A stretch of 64,000 nucleotides of DNA from Macrostomum hystrix. Its lineage: Eukaryota; Animalia; Platyhelminthes. The DNA is taken from positions 1 through 64,000 of the forward strand of contig CATNEN010000010.1 of assembly GCA_950097015.1 (NCBI GenBank). The letters are read 5' to 3'. Under the pieces are notes generated by a model. That model saw nothing but the letters and a program-made list of their open reading frames with translations, did not search any database and was not told the origin of the DNA. The position numbers were made by a program, and so were the translations under genes. Positions 24,995 through 36,900 of the stretch are shown here, piece by piece (the stretch's first letter is position 1; the number at the start of each line of letters is the position of its first letter).

Positions 24995-25732
24995 GGTGTC
25001 AGATTTTACATAGTAGTAAATAATTACTTAAGTTTTATTTAAAAAGCTTAAAATCAGCAACACAAGTTTTTTTGTAAATCTTTACACCAGTGTACAAACT
25101 ATGCAATATGTACATAAATGTTTTTATTATCGTTTGACTCAGTAATTATGGCAAAAGGTAAAATTTCAAAAAGTAACGATGAAAATATAGACCACGCCAT
25201 ATAAAACTGCGCTTAAAATTGTTATTTGTAGTCTAAAAAGTTTAGTGTACTTTTTAGCAATGCAATATTAAATTATCAGGACTTCCGCGTGCATTTTTAC
25301 GTCCAATTTGTTTGTTTGAAATAACGAACGACCTCATTTGAAGTCCGCAGTTTTCTTTTTCCACATATCAAACAAGCCGAGCAAAAAAACTTTTATCCAC
25401 TTAGTTCTGAAGCTCATTTCTGTTCTTGATATTCATACTTTTCTGTCTTTCTTTATATTAGTGCTCTAAATAACATAAAAAGTACCAGTAAAAAATTAAA
25501 ATGATGTAAGCCTTATGCCAGGCTTCATTTAAAAAACATAATGTGAAGCTTTTGGTTTATGACTGTAAAGCAAAAATTCCAGCAAATTAACACGTGGGAA
25601 TTTTACGGGCCTTTTTTACTATTTACTATCACTTTAGGATTGACTTGTAGAATACTCACATAAACACAATAAACACTCATGTCGACAAAAAATAAATCTA
25701 ATCATGCACTTCGTGTTATCTAGCAGTAATGA

Positions 25733-26756
25733 CTATTTTTTTCTGTTAGTAGAATTCGGTCGCCAAGCTCTCAGGCTCTTCTTGGCCATGCCATCTGGGT
25801 CTGCCGTTTCAGCTTGCTGTTGCTGCTTTTTGCTAGCCCATTCATGGAAAGCTCTACTGGAACTGGCACATTTCTCCTCTTGCAATCTCTGTTGGTCGCT
25901 GGAAACTTGCCGCGTCGCTGAGATTTGAGCTGACCGTCGCTCTTTCTCTGCTGCCTCTTTGCGCTCTAACCAAGCTGCCGCTGCGCTTGCCGCTGTCTCG
26001 CGTCTCTCTGCATCCGCCGCCTCCTTGGCGCGCGCTGCCTCCACACGGCGCTGCCGTTCTCCGCGCTGGCGCTCGGCCAGCTCGGCGTCCTTGCGCTGAC
26101 GCCACCCAGCGATGGCTGCCTCAGCGCTCGCAGACTTCTGCTGCCGTTGTTCCGGTTCCGCCTGCTGTTGCTTTTGCTTTGACGCCTTTTTGCCCTATCG
26201 TTTCGTCATTTTTGTTAGAGTTTAAAATAATATCTGAGATTCGCCATTCTTGAAATCTCTGTGAGACTCTGTTGTCATTGAGAATGGCAATTTGCTAATG
26301 ATAAAAATGGACTTTATTCCCCAGACAGCTTACCCCAGAGTCCAGCCTCTGCTTCCCCTGCAGCCAGCTGGCGTAGGCCGCCTGTCCTTCCTCCAACTTT
26401 CTCCGCTTCTCCTCCGCCGCGGCCGCCATGGCCGACGCCTCCGCAGCCGCCCTGGCTGACGCAGCGCCGACCAGACCGCCCGAGCGTCTCTTCGCGGCGA
26501 GCCACTGGTCGAACACCTCCTGCCTGACCAGGGCAGCGGAGCCCTCGAACCTTTGAACAATGCACTGCTTTTCATTCTCCGACGATGCACTGTTGTCATA
26601 GAAACCATCGATCTTCGGCTCGGATGGCTGCGGGTTGAGCATCAGTGCAGCGAATTCCCGCCAGAGCATGCAGGACTCATCCATAGAGTAGACTGGAGCA
26701 AGCATATTGCATAGTGCTGCTGTGGTTGCTATGGACGCGTTTGCGTTGCCATACAT
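25733..26756 (-). CDS. Short MAP9-like coiled-coil protein (~294 aa), tandem paralog of the C-terminal half of the upstream gene
   Basis: Exons (minus) 26756-26334 and 26194-25733 (GGG|GTAAGC...ACGATAG|GGC). VRQEVFDQWLAAK / GQAAYASWLQGK / RAWRPNSTNRKK* parallel IRQSVFADWYAAK / GKAAFESWLKQK / RAWRPNSTSRIR* of the upstream gene, with the same phase-0 intron. The start codon is inferred. Confidence 0.7.
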
Positions 26757-26901
26757 CGCTTTTCGCTTTCTTGCCTCGTCCTCGGAAGAATATGTTTCTG
26801 TATTCAACAATATTTTCTGGAATCTTCTTGCTTGCAATAGCGGCTCAAGCCTAAAACATGTTCATTCTTTGCTTCTCAAATGTAGCCCTACGACGCGAGA
26901 C

Positions 26902-26915
26902 GTTGCTGTGGCAAC
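26902..26915. promoter_or_regulatory. RFX X-box-like motif GTTGCTGTGGCAAC
   Basis: 12/14 match to GTTGCCATGGCAAC with both half-sites intact, 146 nt upstream of the MAP9-like paralog ATG. Confidence 0.5.
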
Positions 26916-27334
26916 TAATTCAAGCTGCGGGGTAGAGATCAAAGTTGGGAGAGAAAAGTGAACAGAGAAACACCAGCATGTACATCGATTGAAACTGCGG
27001 CTCTACTCTTTTCTACCCATACAAATTACAGTCGCATTTGGCCTACCACATGCTCTGTACAGTCTCCATGCACTCTGCTCTCTTCTGCTCTTGCTGCCTG
27101 GTCTAATGAGTTTCTATTGCATTCATGAGGGATTGGTAATTTGTGCCTGCATGGACAAAGTTTTACTTAAATGACTTTCACAGATGATGGAATACACTAA
27201 AAGGAAAACAGCAAAGCAGCTTGTATTTTCGATGTATTTTCGCCTGTATAAAACAGCAGTTTTGCAAAAAGCCTGCAAAATGATCACAGCTTTACAACAA
27301 AATCTAATAACATGCACGATTTTCTCACTCCTTA

Positions 27335-27752
27335 ACTATCCACAGCCACCTCACTCCCTAAAACTTCTACAGCAATCTTACTCCCACAGCCACTTCACTC
27401 CCTAAAACTTCTACAGCAATCTTACTCCCACAGCCACCTCACTCCCTAACCTTCTACAGCAATCTTACTCCCACAGCCACCTCACTCCTTAACCTTCCAC
27501 AGCCACCTCACTCCCTAACTTTCCACAGGCACCTCACTCCTTAACCTTCCACAGCCACCTCACTCCCTAACTTTCCACAGGCACCTCACTCCTTAACCTT
27601 CCACAGCCATCTCACTCCCTAACTTTCCACAGCCACCTCACTCCTTAACCGTCCACAGCCATCTCACTCCCTAACCTTCCACAGGCATCTCACTTCCTAA
27701 TCTTCTATAGCCATCTCACTCCCTAACCTCCTTCCACAGCCATCTCACTCCC
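27335..27752. repeat. Degenerate ~25-bp minisatellite (CCACAGCCACCTCACTCCCTAACTT)
   Basis: Direct reading. Confidence 0.85.
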
Positions 27753-28419
27753 TGGCTCGCTAGTCAGTCTAAGAAAAAGAATTTGACAAAACTCTGTTAC
27801 GTTCCGTTAATAGACAATGTACGCGCCATGTTCTTAGACAGGTGGGTGCTGGCGGTATCCTGGTGTCAATTTTTATTAGAAAATATTTACCGTTTACTCG
27901 TATGGCAGGAACAGAAAAGTCACTACGAAAATGTAACATTTTACATGCAGAAATTCTCAGAGTGTCAGAAAATAAGCACTGTGGCCACAATTATGTGCTC
28001 AGTAACTCAGAAGACAGTTAAATATTCAGCATTGTGCTCTGGTAACACAGGGGAACACAGTGAGGCTAAATGAGTTTGAAGACACAACAACAAGATTATA
28101 GGTATTAATTTTTAGTAGGCCAGCATGTAACTAATAGAAATATACAGCTTTTTATAGTTTTGCAATAGATGAAATGTGAATTGTTGATGAATTGCCTGAT
28201 TGCCGTCCACAAAAATCATATTGGGTCTGACCTGGGTTTGCAATCAGACAGCAAATTTAGGGCCTGCCTTTTTAAAATAAACGATCAGAAGGGAGACAGA
28301 TAAAGGGTATAGTAAAATATAATATGGTTCAAATATTTCTGTATGCGTCAGTGTGAAAATGGCTGATGCATTTTGCCTGTCCATTCTACACAATCTAGTA
28401 ATGAACTGAAAGGCATAGC

Positions 28420-28810
28420 CCGACACTCACTCCCCGACACTTCATATCCACCACCTCACTCCCCGACTCTTCACAACCACCACCTCACTCCCCGACACTT
28501 CACAACCACCACCTCACTCCTCGACACTTCGCAACCACCACCTCACTCCCCGACACTTCACAACCACCACCTCACTCCACGACACTTCGCAACCACCACC
28601 TCACTCCCCGACACTTCACAACCACCACCTCACTCCCCGACACTTCACAACCACCACCTCACTCCTCGACACTTCGCAACCACCACCTCACTCCCCGACA
28701 CTTCACAACCACCACCTCACTCCCCGACACTTCACAACCACCACCTCACTCCTCGACACTTCTCACCCACCACCTCACTCCTCGACACTTCTCACCCACC
28801 ACCACACTCC
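28420..28810. repeat. ~29-bp minisatellite (CACAACCACCACCTCACTCCCCGACACTT)
   Basis: Direct reading. Confidence 0.88.
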
Positions 28811-28955
28811 CGAAGTTAACTGCAGAAGGATGCGATTTGAAATTTAGTCTTAATTTTCGAAATAAGTCAATATGAAACAATGCATGAGTACGAGCCTATT
28901 ATAAACAATTTTTTAGGGCAGGTCTGTAATAGCCAATAATAGGAAGGAAACTGAA

Positions 28956-31863
28956 TCATCGGATTCTCGAGGTCGAGTTGGGTCGCCAGGCTCGCCGTTG
29001 CGTCGACGAAGCCGACAGGCTCTGAGTCGCTTGGTTCGTCTCGACATCGTCCTTCTTCCGGCTCCACTCCAGGAAAGCCTCGCGGGCCTGACGCTGCTTC
29101 TCCTCCTCCTCCTTCAGCCGCTCCACCTCGCGATCTCGCGCCGTGTCAGAGGCCCGCTGCTTCTCCAGCTGCAGCTGCTTCTCCTTCTCCTTCTGCCATT
29201 TCTCCACCCTCGCCTGCGACTCCTCCTTCTTTCGCCTCTCCTGCTCGGCCTTCTCGCGGCGCTCCTTTCGCTTCTGTCGGCGCAGCTCCTCCTCCTTCTC
29301 CTTCTTGGTCTGCTCCTTCTGCTCGCGCCACCTGGCGAATGCGATGATTGAGACCTCCTTCTCCTTCTCCTTCTCCTTCTCTTCTTCCGGCGAGGTCTTC
29401 TTCGGATCCTTCTGCGTGAGGATTGCACGGGTTGAAGCGAATCAGCGCATGAAGACTGGTGAAAAAGCATAAAACCTCAATCTGGCCTAAACCCACCACC
29501 CCAATCTGGGACCAACCCACCTTCTTTTTGGTCTCCTGCTTCTGCTTAAGCCAGCTCTCGAACGCCGCCTTGCCCACGGACTTTTTCTCGGCTTCCTCGG
29601 CCTTCTTCTTCTCGACCTCCTGGCGCTGGCTAGCCTGCTCGGCCTTGCGCTGCTCTCGGGCCATGGCCATCTTTGCCGCGTACCAGTCGGCGAACACCGA
29701 CTGCCTGATGGTGTTGGAGTCCGTGAAGTTGATGGTGCTGGACTCCAGGTTAGCACTGGCCGTACCTGGAACCCGATCAATTAGGCAGATTCAAACTCGC
29801 TGTTCAAATGAGCTCAATACGCTCGTAATTATCAAGTGAGAGGCCCTCATCCTACCTGGCAGGAGGTGGCGTGGAGGCCGAGTTTCCACGCGGGCCTTAG
29901 CTGACGCTGTCCTAGGCCGCAGCACGCGTAGGTGCTTGTCTCGGGCCTGCTTCCGCTCCGCCTCGGCCCGCTCCCGCTCCGCCTGGCCGCTGATCACCTT
30001 GGCAACAGCCTCGGCCGGCGTCTGGGCGTCTTCCACCTGCGTGGGGTCGTCGGGGGAAAGTTTCGATAAGAAGGTTTAGCAACCAACTTAACTATCGCTT
30101 TTCGCCATCTAGGTGATACCCTGGGTAGATGTACCAAAAATAACTGGTAGACGTCCCCAAACCACCTGGTAGACGTCCCCAACCCACCTGGTAGACGTCC
30201 CCTAACCACCTGGTAGATGTCCCCTACCCACCTGGTAGACGTCTCCAACCCACCTGGTAGACGTCTCCTACCCACCTGGTAGATGTCCTTGTAGTCCTTG
30301 GCGTTCTTCTGCGTCTCCTTCTGCAGCTCCTCTTCGCGCTGCTTTTTTAGCGCCTCCCGCCGCTGCCGCTCCTTCTCCCGCGTGGCCGGCTCCTCCTCCA
30401 GTTCCTCGCAGAAGGAGCTTCGCCGACGCCAGGCCGCCTCCTCGGCCTCCGCCGAACGACGGGCTGCCTCGTCCTGACCGCGGCGGCTGCGCGGCTTCGG
30501 GACGGCCTCGGACGCGGGCGCCGGGCCGAACAGGTCGCGCAGAGTCGCCTCGGCCTCCTCACGCTCCTTGCGAGCCTCCGGGCGCTCCGGGCTCGGGCTC
30601 TGGCGTCGGGGTCGCGGCCTAGGACGCTCATCCTCGTCGCTAGAGCCTCCTCGCTCGCCGGAGCGCCGCCTCTGCCTCCCGGCCTTCTCCTTCTCCTTTT
30701 TTTCCTTCTGCTTGCGCTTCTCTTCCTCCTCCTTGGTGATTTCGTCTCGCCTCTTGCCTCGGCCGAAAATATCGAACTCGTCCGGCGAGTCGAGCGGGCC
30801 GCCTCGAGATCCGCTGGCAGCGCGTCGCTCCGACTCGGGCAGGTGCTGCCGATAGTCGCGACCGTCGTTCAGCGTTGGACGCTTGCCACCCTTCTGCTTG
30901 TCCTTGTCCTTGTCTTTGTCCTTGTCCTTTTCTTTGTACTTGTCCATAAACTTGTCCTTGCTCTTTTCTTTTTCCTAAAGCCACACAAGAAGGTGGAGCC
31001 ATTAAAAAGAAAAATTAATCACAACATATTTTCAGAGAATATTAAGCAAAGCAAAAGCAGAACCCAGCGATTCGCACCTTTTCTTTCTCCTTTCGGTCCC
31101 AGTCTTTTTCTGAGCCCCGGTCCCAGTCCCGGTCCTTGGCGCTGCCCGGCGAGCTGCGTCGCGTTTGCGGTTTCGGCGATGCCGACACCTCGCGCTTTGC
31201 TGCTGGCGGCGCCTTCCGAGCCGCCGGCTCCGGAGGCGCCGATTCTTCTGCGGCACGTCGCGAAGACGTCGGCGAACGGCTGTTCGACGTGCGACGCCTC
31301 GCCGAGTCCGAGCCACCGTCCGCCGCGGCTGACGGCTCGTCAAAGCTGGACAAGCGCGACCGCGCGGCCGGCGCTGGTGATGGCTCTGACGACTTGCCTG
31401 GCCGCTTAGTCTTCATCAGCGGCGACTTCGAACGGAACGAGGACGAGTCGCGACTTCGGCCGGAACCGATAGCCTCCTCGTCGATCTCTTCCTCGATGTC
31501 GGAGCCGCGGCTATGCAGCGACGCTTTTCGCTGCTGTGGCGGATGCCAAGCAAGGCCTGCCGCAGCCGCTGAGGGTCCACCCGCCTTTCGGGCTGCGTCT
31601 GAGTCAGCAGTCGCCCCTTGACGCGGACTTCGGCCGGTGCGCTGCTTCGGCAGCGGCTGGCCGCCGATGCCGCGTGGCCGTCTGGCCTCAGCTGACTCGT
31701 CATCGTCTGAGCGACCAAGGCCGCCATCTTCGTCCGAGTCTGACAGAAGGCCGCCAGCTCCGCCGCTGCGGCGTCGCGATCCAGGCGCTCGGGCGGCGGC
31801 AGCCGAGGATGAGAGGCTCAGCGCTGGCTCATTAGGCCGCGTGCTTTTCAAAAATCTGGACAT
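28956..31863 (-). CDS. MAP9: MAP9/ASAP-like microtubule-associated coiled-coil protein (~788 aa)
   Basis: Exons (minus) 31863-31078, 30974-30276, 30036-29856, 29765-29521, 29411-28956 total 2367 nt with consistent phases. Long disordered S/R/D/E N-terminus, then an RPRTASAK motif, IRQSVFADWYAAK, and repeated (A)F-x-x-W-x-x-x-K charged helices typical of the MAP9 C-terminal region. Family assignment is from memory; CCDC34/CCDC181-like alternatives are not excluded. Confidence 0.7.
30144..30287 (-). repeat. 22-bp minisatellite containing the exon/intron junction (6 intronic copies)
   Basis: Minus-strand unit GTGGGTAGGAGACGTCTACCAG; its tail matches the exon end GACATCTACCAG. Confidence 0.92.
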
Positions 31864-33903
31864 TAGCTGATGCGAGAGCACTAATTTGCTGCAAATCAAT
31901 TGTTATTAACAATTTAGGAGAGTTCGTACGAACCAGGAATATAAAGAAAAATAAAGATTATTTTGCTTACTGTGACTTATCAATATAATAAAAAGTATTT
32001 AAGTAAGACTACGTTTCTCCCATTTTTTCTTTTGCACACTTCTCATAGACTCAAATTAGGGATATTAAAGTTTAAGCCTAGTACTATCTGTTTTAGCCAC
32101 TTTGAATTATATTATTTTTCTTGCTAAACAGAACTTGATCCAAGCAATATTTAAAGTTAAGAGCTTGGGTTGACGCAAAGTTTAAATAGTGCCAGCGTAT
32201 TAGGTTAAAACGTACTGCTCAGATTGTTATCAATGGGAACAGTCCTGGAAAATGAGCTAGCTATTCCGAACTCTTAGAACATTCATAAATAAAACATGAA
32301 GATTTTAACTGTTTAAAAACGATGAGCAATATACTAAATTTTTCCATTAAGTTATTTTCAATGACGATTATTTTTACAAATTTTCATTTTCATTGTGTTT
32401 CATTGTCCATTTTATTCATGGATCTGGTTTTATTAATAAGCGAAGAATTAAAAAAAGCGAGCTTTCTATATTTATATATATAGCTCGTTGTTTGAAATTA
32501 TTCATTTCTGTTCTTTTGCTTTATGTGCCTTTTTTAATAAAAGAAGGATAAAAACAAAAAATATTGAATTGCAAATAAAAGCTTATGCTTATATAAATTC
32601 GTATTTTTTATATTCGCTCTGCTTTAATTGGTTATAATATAGAATCTTAAATATTCTGGTAACCAGGAATTTCTCAAAATTTAGAACGGAAAAAATAATG
32701 TTGAAATTTATCGTGTATACAAAACTACGGTTTATAAAGTATACTAGGAAAATTTAGAATAATATTTTTGTTTTTTAAATTACATAAGGAATGGGCACTT
32801 AGCAGGAACTGTGCAATTTGAACAAATATTAATGTGCAGTATAGTTTTACTTTGATAGCTTACATCGTCTAAACAAATATTTTCTATTGCACTCGATAAA
32901 CTTTTTTTGAGAAATATCATGACTGTCCTAATAAGTTAATTTAATTTTATTTTATTAGCTTATGTATCAGTACTTATCTAATAAAGTTGTATTTTTTGGT
33001 ACACATGCAACATTTGACTTATGACGATTGTTCATATTTTTGACGTACTAGGCCTAACGAAAGAATTTTTTACGTCCGTTTATAGATAAAAATAGCTGCT
33101 TTGAGAGCATGAAGTTAGATATTTAAATATGGATTTAATTTTTATTCTTCAAAGCAATAATTTTTGTGACTATCATCATCTAAAACCATTTTCTTTCTTC
33201 AAGCAAAACTTTCTCCCCAATTGTTGCCTGTTTGCAATTTAGCAACAAAAAGTATTATTGTTGATTATTTTTCTTTTAACTTTCACTTTACTGATAAAAA
33301 GATATTTATTTAATATAGCTTTTTTTCAAAAGGATGGCAATGATATACCAATAAATGTTATATTATATATTATATCGCTTAGCGATTTTTTCGAAACTAC
33401 GTGCATGCTCTTTTGGAAATGAAATAACGCAAATTTATCAGCACTCATCTATTTAGCAGATGTCATCCCTCTAATTCAGAATTAGAAGAATACTGCAGAC
33501 GGGCAGGGAGAACAATTAAAAATAAATATTCGTAGTTTTCAAATGTTTGAAAAAAAAAATTATATTTATATATATTCTGATATAAGATTACTGTACACTT
33601 ACTTTGTTTCATGCTTACATTTCTTTCATCTGATAACCCATGCTTTTTAATTACTTTATTGATGCGGTTCGTGTCTTTTAATGCTTAAAGTAGTATTAAT
33701 TAATTTTTCTAATGAATTTCGTGAGGCTACTAGAAAGCTGCAGAAAAAAGTGAGACAGGAATGACAGTGAAATGGCATACGAGCTAAAATGTATAAAGTC
33801 ACGAAATAGGTTCTGAGTGCCCAGTGGTAACGCTGAGTTGGGTCGATACCAGGGACTAATTAAACTACTGGTAAAGGGTCCATCCGATCAAATTCTTTCA
33901 GCC

Positions 33904-36900
33904 ATGTCCTACCCGCCGAGGAGTTCTGTAGCTCAGAAGGCCCGGACGAGCCGCGCGGCCGTAGCGGCCAACGGGAACGGCACAGCCAGGATTGACCTGC
34001 GCGGCAGCTTCGAGTTCGACTTCAATGAAATGGGCGGAGTTACTCGGAGCATGCAGTTCGGTGGGTTGGGCGTGTGTTTACCTCGATACAATTTTTAACT
34101 CTTTGTTTGTTTTATAACAGTCTCTATGCAAAGAAAGACAATAAAACAAATTTTAGAGAGTCTCGACAATCGACTGCGACAGAAGAAGGCCGCGAACGAC
34201 ATGGTTTCGGACTCAGAGGTAAGTTTTACAGAACTGAGGCAATTTCCTGATACATTGAAGCACTTAATTTCTTCATTCCCGCCCGTCCGTTGCCCGCAGA
34301 TCGAGTACATGATCCGCGAGAAGCTGCGCAGAGAGCAGTTCGCGATCGAGAGCATGTTTAAGGCCTCCGACCCGGCCAGAAACGGTCGAGTTCATCGGTG
34401 AGTACGGGGCCCCCCTAGCAGCTCATTGTGTGCGGATTCGATCTAAACAGAACTTAACCCTGAAGTAAGTCTTGTCAATGAGCCAAGACTCACAAGACAC
34501 CTGTCACAAGACACCTGTCACAAGACACCTGTCACAAGACACCTGTCACAAGACACCTGTCACAAGACACCTGTCACAAGACACCTGTCACAAGACACCT
34601 GTCACAAGACACCTGTCACAAGACACCTGTCACAAGACTGACCGAATCGCGTTACCTCTTCAAATTCAGCAACGGCTTGCTGAAGATCCTAAACACCGTG
34701 TGCGGTCACATCCGCATCGACCAGTTCCACCGGCTGCTTGACCGGTTGGGTCTCGACGAGCAGCAGACTGTGTCATTCAGCGAGTTCAGAGCTGCCATGG
34801 GTCGCCAGGAGCGTCGGCAGCAGCGTAAAATTGATGAGCGAGATGGCGCGCTGCTCAAGCCGGTGGGCGCCGCTCGCGCTTTCTCCCTGCTCCGCCGGGA
34901 GGCGCAGGCCGGCGGCTTCGACCCGCGCGACCTCCTGCCCGAGGCCTGCTTTGAGCCCGGCGGCCTGGTGCTGAAGCCGCAGCTCTGGCGGGCGCTGCGA
35001 GAAGGCCTCGGCGTGCCGATGGTGGCGTCGGAGTTTGACAAGTTCTGGGATAGGTGAGGCCGGCCGCGGATGCGTTGCGAAATTAATAAGCTGGACATTG
35101 GTGAAATATTGGAGTAGCAAATATAAAATTGTTGGGCTGCTGACGGGTAATACATTTAGTGGATTGACATCTGCGACCAGAGATTGACAGGTGTGACTAT
35201 GGTATTGAAAGGTGAGATAATTGTATTGACAGATGAGATTATGGTATTGACAGGTAAGACTATGGTATTGACAGGTGAGATTATGGTACTGACAGGTTGG
35301 GACTGGGTATAGACAGGTGAGACAATCGTAGTGACAGGTGAGTCTATTGTTTTGGGGTATCGACTGGTGAGACTATGTTACTGACAGGTTAGAGTATAGT
35401 ATTGACAGGCGAGACTATGGTATTGACAGGCGAGACTATGGTATTGACAGGCGAGACTATGGTATTGACAGGCGAGACTATGGTATTGACAGGCGAGACT
35501 ATGACATTGACTGGTGAGACCGAGGCTTGGTCTGTTTCTACATAGCAAGCAATTGCATTTTTCAATTGTAGCAGCACAGGTGCCCCAGTCGCAGCGAGCA
35601 AATCGACAAAAATTATTCGTAAAAGCATTCTCCGAACTTCTACCTAGAAGTGGTTCCAGTCCAAGCTTTAAGTTGCATTCACTGATCACTGATAAATGGC
35701 TTTGCGATCAGGATTTTATTTCCAATTGGTTTTCCCTCACCGAGTTTCAACTCACGGGCACTTAACCGCTTCTCTCCCAAGAATCGACACCCAGGGCACC
35801 GGCGCGGTCAGCACCTTCCAGCTGCTCGGCATGCTGGGCCTCAGCGCCAAGCAGTTCATGCTGGACCAGCCAGCGGCGCTGGTTCGCTCCCGGACGGTCC
35901 CGACGATGCAGACGTCGCGACGAGGCCAACTGGTTGCTGGCGCGCCCGAACACCAGGCCAAGAATGAGGCCAATGTGAATGTTGAGGTGCCTCTCTGTTC
36001 CATATTTGCGCGCTTGTCATACTACTAAGTTATTAGAAATAGTAAAATAATTTCCTATCTATTTCAGGTTATTTTCAACATCTTCCGTGACAATATTGTG
36101 CAGCAGGTGAGCTTAAATTCCATGAGCGGAATCCTTGAAAAATGTTGCGTGGACTCAGCAAAAAACTAATTTTACAGATCGTTTTTATCGTTTCTTTTCT
36201 ACTTGCAGTAGTAACCTATATAACTTGCTCTGCAAATCATAGATTCCATGAAAATCCTTTTAAGGATGACACGGCTGTGGTGCTGCGGAAGCCGCCGACT
36301 CCGGCCAGCAGTCGTCGGGGAGGCGATGCCGATGCCGACTACGCCGAGGAGCTGCGCTACCTCCGCCGTTACGAGATGCTTCGCCAGAGGCGGCCACTGT
36401 TCGAGCACTTCATGGACAACCTGTTCTACATGGTGCGTGTCCTGATTTGCAATCACCACTTCAAGTAGCATAGAACCGCAGGCAACCCATTCTGATGCTA
36501 TTTCCAGTTTGATGAGGCCTACAACGCGGTGTTGGTGACGTTCAGGCACTGCGACGCCATGCAGGACGGCTGCGTCACGCTGACCACCTTCCAAAGCATC
36601 CTGCAGCAGTTCGGATTCGAAACTCGGACCTCCGATCTGGAGCAGTTCCTGCAGCGGTTCAGCATGCGCTCGGCTAGGGGCGCCCTGAGCTACACGGAGC
36701 TGCTGGACCGCCTCAACGCCAGGGGCCCCAACTCGCTGCTGCACCGCTACCTGCTGGGCGACAGGTCACCTGTGGGGTGAGGTCATGGGTTCCAACCCAC
36801 AGTGAAGAACCATTCACTTCTTAGAAACTCAGAAAGTCCAATTAACATCCCGAATTCTCCTGTTTCCATGGACAGCCTGGACGAAACTTTTGCGCCCAGC

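Noticed and set aside
34219-34299. 81-nt EFCAB6-like intron that is stop-free and in frame
   Set aside because: Short 3n introns are stop-free by chance fairly often; canonical GTAAGT and CAG ends; no evidence of retention.
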